Below, one piece after another: positions 7,209 to 15,500 of a stretch of DNA of 26,786 nt (positions are counted from its first letter, which is position 1; each line of letters opens with the position of its first letter). The stretch is from the NCBI GenBank assembly GCA_964557525.1, contig CAZLAJ010000001.1:1-26786 (forward strand). Direction: 5' to 3'. The position numbers and the translations under genes are program-made. The notes below the pieces were generated by a model. It had not been told where the DNA came from and did not search any database. It was given only the letters and a program-made list of their open reading frames with translations. The DNA is from an uncultured Gammaproteobacteria bacterium (GTDB taxonomy: Bacteria > Patescibacteriota > Microgenomatia > UBA1406 > GWC2-37-13).

Positions 7209-7443
7209 AGACTTCTTCAAGAATCCAGTCTAAAGTGTCTGTATCGAGGCGTAATTTAAAGCAGAGAGTGTCGGTTGCCACGGTGAAGATATGCATGAGT
7301 GTCTTACCAATGCGCACCTTGTGATGGTAGCCAAACTGGGTGATGAAGTATTCCCGTCCTTTCCATTGGAGCTTTTTAGGAGTAAGAGCGTGACGTTGGG
7401 CATCGTAGAGAGATATAACACTGATGGGCGCATCAATTTTCAT
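7189..7443 (-). CDS. Small beta-rich accessory protein in the lexA-polymerase cassette (ImuB-C/DUF6504-like, tentative)
   Basis: 84 aa with PKKLQWKGREYFI..F.V.....F.L.LD....W.L, which resembles the PxxFxWxGxxYxV pattern. It sits between lexA and the polymerase and overlaps the latter. Confidence 0.7.
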   Translation of the reverse strand: MKIDAPISVISLYDAQRHALTPKKLQWKGREYFITQFGYHHKVRIGKTLMHIFTVATDTLCFKLRLDTDTLDWILEEVYEASAS

Positions 7444-7464
7444 AGCAGATGCAAATAAATAGTA

Positions 7465-8034
7465 TTAATAGTATTTGCGTATAACGCTCACCACAACTCC
7501 TCCGTTAATGAGTGTTTCTTGTGGGAAAATGGGTTGGTATTTAGGGTTTGCAGCTTTAAGGTATACGCTGTTTCCTTCTTTATAGTAATGCTTCAATGTC
7601 CATTCATTGTCAATTAAGGCTGCAATAATATCACCATTTTTAGGCATTCTTTTTTTATCGATTACCACCAAATCTCCCTCATTGATGCCGGCGCCGATCA
7701 TGCTGTCTCCAGAAACTCTCAATAGGTAAGAGTATCCAGGTGTAGTAACCAGGTACTGATCGAGCGAGACGCTTTCATATTCATGCCCTTCAGCTGATGT
7801 GGGGTACCCTGCCTTAATAGATCCAAGAAGCGGTAAGCTAAAAAAGTTATTTGATGGGGCAAGTTTGCTGTCTTGAGTTTGTTCTACAATGCCTTGGTCA
7901 ACCCATTTATATACAAGGTAGGAGACTGCGCTTGGGGAATGATAGCCAAATAACTGCTGCATTTTTTTGTAAGTAGGCAGGCGCTTGTAGCGGAGGTAGT
8001 AGTTCTGGACCTTGGTGAGGTTCTCGTATTCCAT
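7465..8034 (-). CDS. lexA: LexA repressor (winged-HTH plus S24 autopeptidase)
   Basis: N-terminal LPTYKKMQQLFGYHSPSAV HTH, Ala-Gly cleavage site IKAGYP, catalytic Ser in VSGDSM and catalytic Lys in WTLKHY. Confidence 0.9.
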   Translation of the reverse strand: MEYENLTKVQNYYLRYKRLPTYKKMQQLFGYHSPSAVSYLVYKWVDQGIVEQTQDSKLAPSNNFFSLPLLGSIKAGYPTSAEGHEYESVSLDQYLVTTPGYSYLLRVSGDSMIGAGINEGDLVVIDKKRMPKNGDIIAALIDNEWTLKHYYKEGNSVYLKAANPKYQPIFPQETLINGGVVVSVIRKYY

Positions 8035-8061
8035 AGTTGTTAAAAACTCATTAATACTTTT

Positions 8062-8091
8062 ATTGTAGTAAACGATCGTTCACCTTGTCAA
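8062..8091 (-). promoter_or_regulatory. Sigma70 promoter of the lexA cassette
   Basis: Minus strand: TTGACA (8091-8086), 18 nt, TACAAT (8067-8062). Confidence 0.8.
8068..8083. promoter_or_regulatory. Candidate LexA operator (SOS box)
   Basis: GTAAACGATCGTTCAC is a near-perfect 16-bp palindrome. It reads GAAC-N4-GTTT on the minus strand and occupies the -35/-10 spacer of the lexA promoter. Confidence 0.7.
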
Positions 8092-8107
8092 GTTCATATT
8101 GTGATGG

Positions 8108-8116
8108 TGGTATAAT
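8108..8116 (+). promoter_or_regulatory. Extended -10 promoter for mscS (near-leaderless)
   Basis: TGgTATAAT, 8 nt before ATG 8125. Confidence 0.6.
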
Positions 8117-8124
8117 AATAAGAG

Positions 8125-8646
8125 ATGAATATTGATTTGAGAGACATTATCGTTATGAGGCTCTTTTTTACTGGAGCTCTCTTAATCGCGACGTATATCT
8201 TCGTTCAACTTGCCAATAGAGCCATCGACCTTCTCATAATTGGCGTCCGAAAAAGCGTTGGAAGCGAGAGGGTTGTGGTAAGAACTCGGACAATCCGTAA
8301 TCTTTTAAAGGGGTTGGTCGCAGTGGTTATTTATGTAATCAGCATTATTATTATTTTAGAAAAATGGGGGGTTAATACGGCACCCATCTTAACAGGGGCC
8401 GGTTTAATAGGGCTTGCTTTTTCATTTGGTTCTCAATCCATTATTAAAGATGTGATAAGCGGTGTATTTATCGTATTGGATGATATATATAACGTGGGGG
8501 ATAGGGTAAAGATTGGTTCAGAAACAGGGAATGTAGAAAAAATTACTCTGCGTATGACTATCTTAAAAGATGAGAAGGATAATGTAGTATATATTCCTAA
8601 TTCTCAGGTTAATGCGGTCGTGCGCTTAAGCGGAGGCAAGAAGTAA
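8125..8646 (+). CDS. mscS: Short MscS-family mechanosensitive channel (173 aa)
   Basis: TM helices, GAGLIGLAFSFGSQSIIKDVISG pore helix and middle beta domain VGDRVKIG..G.VEKITLRMT..D...VYIPNS. Confidence 0.85.
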   Translation: MNIDLRDIIVMRLFFTGALLIATYIFVQLANRAIDLLIIGVRKSVGSERVVVRTRTIRNLLKGLVAVVIYVISIIIILEKWGVNTAPILTGAGLIGLAFSFGSQSIIKDVISGVFIVLDDIYNVGDRVKIGSETGNVEKITLRMTILKDEKDNVVYIPNSQVNAVVRLSGGKK

Positions 8647-8649
8647 CGC

Positions 8650-9309
8650 TTACTGGTACCATTCTTCGCGGGCAGTGAGCTCTCCCTTTTCGAATATAAG
8701 GTATTGCCCAAGTCCATACTGAATCATTCCTGAGTTTATGAACTGATTCTGAAGATCCATCTCTGCAAGGTGGGTGTGTCCACAGACATAGATCTCATCT
8801 TGTTTTAATTCTTTTTTTAGCTTTTTTTTAATACGTTTGTTACATGGTTGCAAAATTGCCTGCATAGCTTTTTTTCCCAGTCGTTGTACGACTATTTTTT
8901 GCACGGTACTCCCTACTAACTCTTCAAATTTTACATATGAAGTTAATTTCGATCGTTTCTCATCCCAAAAAGGACACAGTCTATTTCCGTGCTCGATAAT
9001 GTAGGTGTGATTTGTGCCTTTTATTGTGTACTGTTTGACTTGCTCTACAGAGAAGAGATCTGCTCTTTTATCTGAGAGTGAGGGTTTATCATGATTTCCG
9101 TACACATATACCGTCTTTTTTCGTTTTAGTAGAGGAAAGAGTCCTTTCCACGGAGAATTGAGGAAGGTATCAAACGGGTATGCATATCCTTCCCAGAAGT
9201 CGCCATTAATAATGACATTATCAGCGTCACGGATAATTCCTTCAATAAAGCGGTATTTTTTTTCTTGAAATCCGTTGAGATGGGAATCAGAAAATATGAG
9301 CGTCTTCAT
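8650..9309 (-). CDS. Calcineurin-like metallophosphoesterase (LpxH/YfcE-like)
   Basis: SDSH, NGDFWE, GNHD, EHG and GHTH metal-binding motifs in the canonical order. Confidence 0.88.
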   Translation of the reverse strand: MKTLIFSDSHLNGFQEKKYRFIEGIIRDADNVIINGDFWEGYAYPFDTFLNSPWKGLFPLLKRKKTVYVYGNHDKPSLSDKRADLFSVEQVKQYTIKGTNHTYIIEHGNRLCPFWDEKRSKLTSYVKFEELVGSTVQKIVVQRLGKKAMQAILQPCNKRIKKKLKKELKQDEIYVCGHTHLAEMDLQNQFINSGMIQYGLGQYLIFEKGELTAREEWYQ

Positions 9310-9354
9310 AAGCGGTGCAGACGATATTTTACCTCCAACTCCTTAATCCTCGCT

Positions 9355-11451
9355 TTATTTCGCCATCATGGCTTTGACTACATTCTGTGGAACCTCCTCG
9401 TAATGAGACGGTTCAATGTAGGGGACACCTCGTCCTTCAGTTAATGATCTCAAGATGGTAACATACCCTGAAAGTTCGGCAAGCGGAGCATATGCTCGAA
9501 CAATGACTGAGCTTCCTTTCGTTTCAGTGCCGAGGATCTTTCCTCTTTTGCTTGAGATGTCGCCGATGGTGACACCCATAAACTGATCAGGTACGGTAAC
9601 CTCAAGCTTCATGATGGGCTCAAGCAAGGTTAATCCTGCTTTTTTCGCTCCGTCCTGAAGAGCCATTGCGCCAGCAATCTTAAATGCAATATCAGATGAA
9701 TCTACGTCGTGATACGATCCATCGTAGAGAGTTACGGAAAGGTCGGTGAGCGGGAAGCCCATGAGAACACCTTTCTCACACGCTTCAATAACTCCTTTTT
9801 CAACTGATGGGATAAACTCGGATGGGATTGCTCCTCCTTTGATTTTGTTTATAAACTTGAAGCCTTCTCCACGGCTTAAAGGCTCAACATGCACGAGACA
9901 GTGACCATACTGGCCGTGTCCACCGGTCTGTTTAATGTACTTAGCCTCAGCATCCGCAGGTTTCGTAACCGTTTCTTTGAATGCTACCTGTGGTTTTCCA
10001 ACATTAATCTGCATACCCATCTCTCTCTGCATCCGGTCAACCAAGATCTCAAGATGGAGCTCTCCCATTCCGGACATAATAGTCTGTCCGGTTTCATGAT
10101 TAATCTTCACCTTAAAGGTGGGATCTTCTTCAGAAAGTCTCTGTAGAGTAAATGCAAGTTTTTCCTGATCGGCTTTTGTCTTAGGTTCGATTGCGAGCGA
10201 GATGACTGGCTCTGGGAAGGTAATCTGCTCGAGAAGAACTGGATTATTCTCATCAGCGAGCGTATCCCCTGTTTTTGTGTCCTTTGGTCCGACAAGCGCA
10301 ACTATCTCTCCGGCATATGCTTTGTCAATCTCTTCTCTCTGATTTGCATGCATCAGAAGGACGCGGCTAACCCGTTCTTGTTTTCCTTCATTTACGTTAT
10401 ATACATACGATCCAGAGCTTAATACACCGGAGTAAATACGGGTGTAGGTAATCTTACCCATATGTGGATCCAATTGAATCTTAAATGCAAGAGCAGAGAA
10501 TTTCTCGTCTGAGTTCAGCTGGCGGGTTATCTCCTCATTCGTTAGAGGATCGATGCCAGTAATTTCTTTAAGGTCCTGTGGAGAGGGAAGATAGTCAACG
10601 ATTCCATCAAGAACCGGCTGCACACCTTTATTTCTTAACGAGGTTCCGCAGTAGATGGGTACCAGCTTGTACGCGATGGTTGCACGGCGGAGGGCAGCTT
10701 TCAGCTCTTCAATGGTTGGTTCTTCTCCTCCTAAGTATTTATCAAGTAGCTTATCATTTGTTTCTGCAACCTGTTCAACCAGTTTCGCTCTCATCTCTAC
10801 TACCTTTTCTTTCACTTCTTCTGGAAGTTCATCTGTTATTGTGTACTCAGTACCTTTTTCATCTTTATCCCAGATGAATGCCTTCATAGTGAGAAGCTCG
10901 ACGACACCACGGTATTCATTCTCTTTTCCGATAGGATAGGTGAGCACTACAGGTCGTGTGCCGAGACGCTCACGAATCTCTTCGACGGTACCATCAAAGT
11001 TTGCGCCCAGCTTATCCATCTTATTAATGAAGCAGAGTCGGGGAACTTTATACTTATCTGCCTGTCTCCATACGGTTTCTGACTGGCTCTGAACACCTTC
11101 TTCTGCGTCAAATACCACAACTCCCCCGTCAAGTACTCTCAGCGAGCGTTCAACCTCAGCAGTAAAATCAACGTGTCCCGGAGTGTCAATGATGTTTATG
11201 CGGACGCCCTTCCAGAATGTAGTCGTTGCGGCCGATACGATAGTAATACCTCTTTCCCGCTCTTGAACCATCCAGTCCATCTGTGTATTTCCCTCATCAA
11301 TATCACCAAGTTTATATGACCGTCCGGTATAAAAGAGAATACGTTCGGTAGTTGTTGTCTTGCCTGAATCAATATGGGCAATAATACCGACGTTTCGAAT
11401 TTTATCTAACGGAACTAAGCGGTTGGTGGTGATGACGTTCTGAGCGGCCAT
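9355..11451 (-). CDS. fusA: Elongation factor G
   Basis: AHIDSGKTT, ERERGITI, DTPGHVDF, NKMD, GMGELHLE, QTGGHGQYGH; 698 aa. Confidence 0.99.
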   Translation of the reverse strand: MAAQNVITTNRLVPLDKIRNVGIIAHIDSGKTTTTERILFYTGRSYKLGDIDEGNTQMDWMVQERERGITIVSAATTTFWKGVRINIIDTPGHVDFTAEVERSLRVLDGGVVVFDAEEGVQSQSETVWRQADKYKVPRLCFINKMDKLGANFDGTVEEIRERLGTRPVVLTYPIGKENEYRGVVELLTMKAFIWDKDEKGTEYTITDELPEEVKEKVVEMRAKLVEQVAETNDKLLDKYLGGEEPTIEELKAALRRATIAYKLVPIYCGTSLRNKGVQPVLDGIVDYLPSPQDLKEITGIDPLTNEEITRQLNSDEKFSALAFKIQLDPHMGKITYTRIYSGVLSSGSYVYNVNEGKQERVSRVLLMHANQREEIDKAYAGEIVALVGPKDTKTGDTLADENNPVLLEQITFPEPVISLAIEPKTKADQEKLAFTLQRLSEEDPTFKVKINHETGQTIMSGMGELHLEILVDRMQREMGMQINVGKPQVAFKETVTKPADAEAKYIKQTGGHGQYGHCLVHVEPLSRGEGFKFINKIKGGAIPSEFIPSVEKGVIEACEKGVLMGFPLTDLSVTLYDGSYHDVDSSDIAFKIAGAMALQDGAKKAGLTLLEPIMKLEVTVPDQFMGVTIGDISSKRGKILGTETKGSSVIVRAYAPLAELSGYVTILRSLTEGRGVPYIEPSHYEEVPQNVVKAMMAK

Positions 11452-11478
11452 AGGTAATTAATGTTATAACAAGTATGT

Positions 11479-11502
11479 AAAAAAACACGCAGGGTATGCG
11501 TG
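11479..11502 (-). terminator. Candidate intrinsic terminator/attenuator between rpsG and fusA
   Basis: On the mRNA strand: CACGCA-taccc-TGCGTG followed by T7. Confidence 0.5.
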
Positions 11503-11573
11503 ATAAAAACAGGTAACCCGAAACAGGTAACATGTACACTCATACATGTTAGATGTCTCCCGTTATATGAAGT

Positions 11574-12047
11574 TTACCACTTGAGATGGGCGAATGCTTT
11601 ATTCGCTTCTGCGAGTTTCTCAGTTTGGGCCTTCTTGGCAACTGCCTGTCCCTGACCATTGGCTGCTTCTAAAATCTCAGCAATCAGTTTCTTGGTAAAA
11701 GAATCAAATTCTTTATTTGAGCGGGCGCGGGCAGCATCCACAATCCAGTTAAGAGCAAGATATAGCTTACGTTCTTTTCTCACCTCTGTTGGAACAAGGT
11801 AAGATGCGCCTCCTAAACGGCGGGGACGGACTTCATGAATGGGGGCAGCATTTGATACTGCCTGGCGGAGAATTGACATTGCATCTTTTCCGTCTTTTTT
11901 GAGCTCGTTCATCATATCATAGACGACTCGCTCTGCCACTGATTTTTTCCCATCAATCATAACATAGTTGATAAGTTTTGCAACTTCATGACTCGTGTAG
12001 ACAGGGTCATCTGAAACTGTTTGTTTCTTATAAAATCGACGTGGCAT
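11574..12047 (-). CDS. rpsG: 30S ribosomal protein S7
   Basis: MPRR..DPVY..KLINYVMIDGKKSVAE, EVRPRRLGGASYLVP, AEANKAFAH. Confidence 0.98.
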   Translation of the reverse strand: MPRRFYKKQTVSDDPVYTSHEVAKLINYVMIDGKKSVAERVVYDMMNELKKDGKDAMSILRQAVSNAAPIHEVRPRRLGGASYLVPTEVRKERKLYLALNWIVDAARARSNKEFDSFTKKLIAEILEAANGQGQAVAKKAQTEKLAEANKAFAHLKW

Positions 12048-12075
12048 TAATGATACGTTTAGTAATTAGTAATAA

Positions 12076-12501
12076 TTAAGCGGCTGCCTTTGCCTTCGGC
12101 TTTTTGGCTCCGTATTTAGAACGGGAGGTGGTGCGATTAGCTACTCCTGCGGTATCGAACTTACCCCGTACAATATGGTATTTTACACCTGGAAGGTCTT
12201 TTACTCTTCCTCCTCTAACAAGTACGATAGAGTGCTCTGCTAAGTTGTGGCCGATGCCTTGAATGTATGCCGTGACCTCCATCTTATTTGAGAGGCGGAC
12301 ACGTGCAACTTTCCGGAGAGCTGAGTTTGGTTTCTTAGGCGTCATTGTGCGCACCACGGTACATACCCCTCGTTTAATAGGATTAAAGGTCTCAACGTAC
12401 TTCCTCTTTAACGAGTTGTAGCTTGCCTTCAGTGCTGCAGCGCGAGACTTTCGTTCACGCTTCTTCCGTTTGGTTTTGATCAGTTGGTTGATTGTTGGCA
12501 T
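12076..12501 (-). CDS. rpsL: 30S ribosomal protein S12
   Basis: [46 protein letters not shown]. Confidence 0.99.
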   Translation of the reverse strand: MPTINQLIKTKRKKRERKSRAAALKASYNSLKRKYVETFNPIKRGVCTVVRTMTPKKPNSALRKVARVRLSNKMEVTAYIQGIGHNLAEHSIVLVRGGRVKDLPGVKYHIVRGKFDTAGVANRTTSRSKYGAKKPKAKAAA

Positions 12502-15500
12502 AAGTGTTCAAGAATCGACCGTAATATGAGCTTATAAGATCCTGGGTTACAGGTATAAGTCTGCCAATTATAACATTTTCTTTTAGTCCTAACAAGTGGT
12601 CTATTTGACCCTTGATTGCGGCGCTGCTCAGAACATCGGTTGTACGTTCAAATGATGCTGATGAGAGCCATGATTCTGTATAGATTGCGGCTCTTGTGAT
12701 GCCGAGGATTGAGACCTTTCCGACAGATGGACGTCCACCCTGGGCTAGAATTTTTTTGTTCTCTTCCTCGAATCTCAGTTGAGAGACAACCTCATCCTTT
12801 ACAAATGATGTATCTCCTTCATCCTCAATAGTTACTTTATCGCTCATCTTTCTGATGATTACTTCAAAGTGTTTATCATGAATGCCGATACCCTGTGACT
12901 CATATACATGTTGTATCTCATCGAGGAGGTACTGTTGCGCTGCGCGTAAACCTCTAATGGTTAAGATGTCACTAACATCAAGGTATCCCTCAGAAAGCGG
13001 CATTCCACTCTTCACCAGATCACCATCTTTTACTTTCAGCTTCTGAGAAGTAGGAATTACATATTCTTGTTCGATTGCTGGCTCATGATCTACACTTGAG
13101 ATCTTTACATGGTAGACATCTTTTTCAGTGTCTTCTTTGACCTCAACTTTTCCATTCATCTCGCTGATAGGTGATACAATCTTAGGTGTTCGTGTTTCAA
13201 ACAACTCTTCGACTCGTGGAAGACCTTGAGTAACGTCTGAGATAACGATACCTCCGAAGTGTCGCACTTTCATGGTCAGCTGAGTGCCTGGCTCTCCGAC
13301 TGACTGAGCGGCCATCACACCGACCGGTACGCCGATCTCAACAGGTTTGCTGGTTGAAAGATCGATACCATAACATTTCTGACAGACGCCATATTTTGCC
13401 TGACAGAAAAGCGGTGAGCGGACTACGGCCGCAGTGACTCCTGCCTCTTTCATTTTGGCAATATTCTCTTCATCCAGAAGATCGTTTGCCTTAAGAATAG
13501 TCTTTTTATTGTGTACAACATCATGTGCGAGGTGTCGTCCTTTAATTCTATCCCAGAACTTCTCACCCCGATTGTGTTCTACGCTTAATTCAAGTCCGTT
13601 CTCTGTTGTACAGTCTTCTTCTCGTACAATCATATCGTGTGCAACATCTACCAGTCTTCTCGTGAGGTAACCTGCGTCAGCCGTCTTTAAGGCTGAGTCG
13701 GTCAGACCCTTTCGTGCACCTCTTGCTGAGATGACATACTCAAAGATGTGAAGACCCTGTCTGTAGTTTGATTTGGTTGGAACTTCAATAATACGTCCTA
13801 ACGGATCAACAACCAGACCTTTAATTGCTGAGATCTGTTTCAACTGTTCACGTGACGCACGTGGACCTTCTGACTTAATGCTCAGCTTAACTGGATTTTC
13901 TTCCTCTAATGCGTTCCATGTTAGATCTGCCAGTTTTTCTGTTGTATTTATCCATAGGGTATTTGAGTATCGTTTCTTTTCTTCGAGCGTCAGAAGACCT
14001 TGCTGGTAATTCTGTTCTACTTTTTGAATCTCTTCTTCAGTTTCTTGAATGATCTTATCTTTTTCATCGATCATTGCGCAGTCGAAGATGGAGAAAGAAA
14101 GTCCTCCAGCTACGGTTGCCGACCAGAAACCGAGTTCTTTGATAAGATCGATAAGTTCTCCGGTTTTAACTGAGTCGTTGAGAAGGTTCATCGCCTTCAT
14201 GACGAGTGCTTTAATGCCTGATGCTTTCACATCAGCATTGATGAAGCGCAGCTCTTCCGGCAGCACATTGTTGAACATGATTCTTCCAACAGAAGTTCTT
14301 ATGATATTACCGCTGATGCGTACCATCAAAGGCTCTCTCAGTCCAACCCGTCCGAAATGGTAGCTGTTTATCGCATCATTTCGAGTTGCGAAAACCTTCA
14401 GATTCTCATCCTTAACATTCGTATATTTTGCATCTATTGTCGTAAGGTAGTAGATACCAAGCGCCATCTCTTTATTAGGCACAGAGATGGGTGATCCATC
14501 TGCAGGTTTTAAGAGGTTGTGATATGGCATCATTCGGGATTCTACCTCTTGAATTGCGTTTTTGGATAATGGTACAAACACACCCATTGCATCTCCATCA
14601 AAGTCTGCATTGTAACCGGTAGTTACCGTAGGATGCAGCTTAATTGCATATGAGTCTGTCAAAACTGGGTAGAACGCAAGAACAGACAGTTTGTGCAGGG
14701 TTGGTGCACGGTTAAGAAGAATCGGATGATTCTTTGTAATCTGTTCTAGTATGTCATAGACAACCGGCTCTTTTTTCTCCAGGAAGTTCTTTGCGCTCTT
14801 GATATTTGGCGCAAGACCTCGAACGATAATCTCATGCAGTAAGAATGGTTTGAAAAGTTCAATAGCCATCTCTTTTGGAATACCTGCCTGATTAATCTTT
14901 AATTCCGGTCCTACAATAATGGTAGAACGTCCTGAGTAATCCACACGTTTTCCAAGAAGATTCTGTCTGAATCGTCCCTGTTTACCCCGGAGAATATCAG
15001 AAAGTGATTTTTGTACCTTTGAGGCGCCAGTCTGTGTTCGTGAGCGGCCTCGTGATTTCTGAAGATCGATAAGAGAGTCAACCGCCTCTTGAAGCATTCT
15101 CTTTTCGTTTCGGAGAATGATTTCAGGAGCTCCAAGGTCGATCAACTGTTTCAGTCTGTTATTTCGGTTAATGACTCTGCGGTAAAAATCATTCAGGTCT
15201 GATGTGGCAAACTTTCCTCCAGGAAGCTGCACCACCGGACGAAGATCAGGTGGGATAACAGGGAGAACCGTTAAGACCATCCACTTAGGCTGAATATTTG
15301 CTTTTAAGAATGACTCAAGTATTCTCACCTTCTTCAGCAGTTTATTTCTTCTCTCGCCCTTAACCTCACTTAAGAGCTTTAAGGCTTCATCATACTGTTG
15401 CTGGACATTAAAGGAGCTGAGGATCTCAAACACTGCTTCGGAACCCATGCTCACCTTAACAAACTCATCAAGAGCTTTTTCTCTTAAGAACAGATAGTCG

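Noticed and set aside
7951-8043. Antisense ORF explaining the GC3 patch in lexA
   Set aside because: The mirrored plus-strand frame is closed by a TAA shortly upstream and has no plausible start, giving only about 30 codons.
11415-11543. 42-codon minus-strand ORF in the rpsG-fusA spacer (possible leader peptide)
   Set aside because: No SD, no recognisable composition, and it runs through the terminator-like hairpin into fusA out of frame. The RNA structure explains the region better.
12076-12501. Streptomycin-resistance alleles in rpsL, or fusidic-acid alleles in fusA
   Set aside because: The PKKPNS and RVKDLPG motifs of S12 and the HVDF and GELHLEIL motifs of EF-G are wild type.
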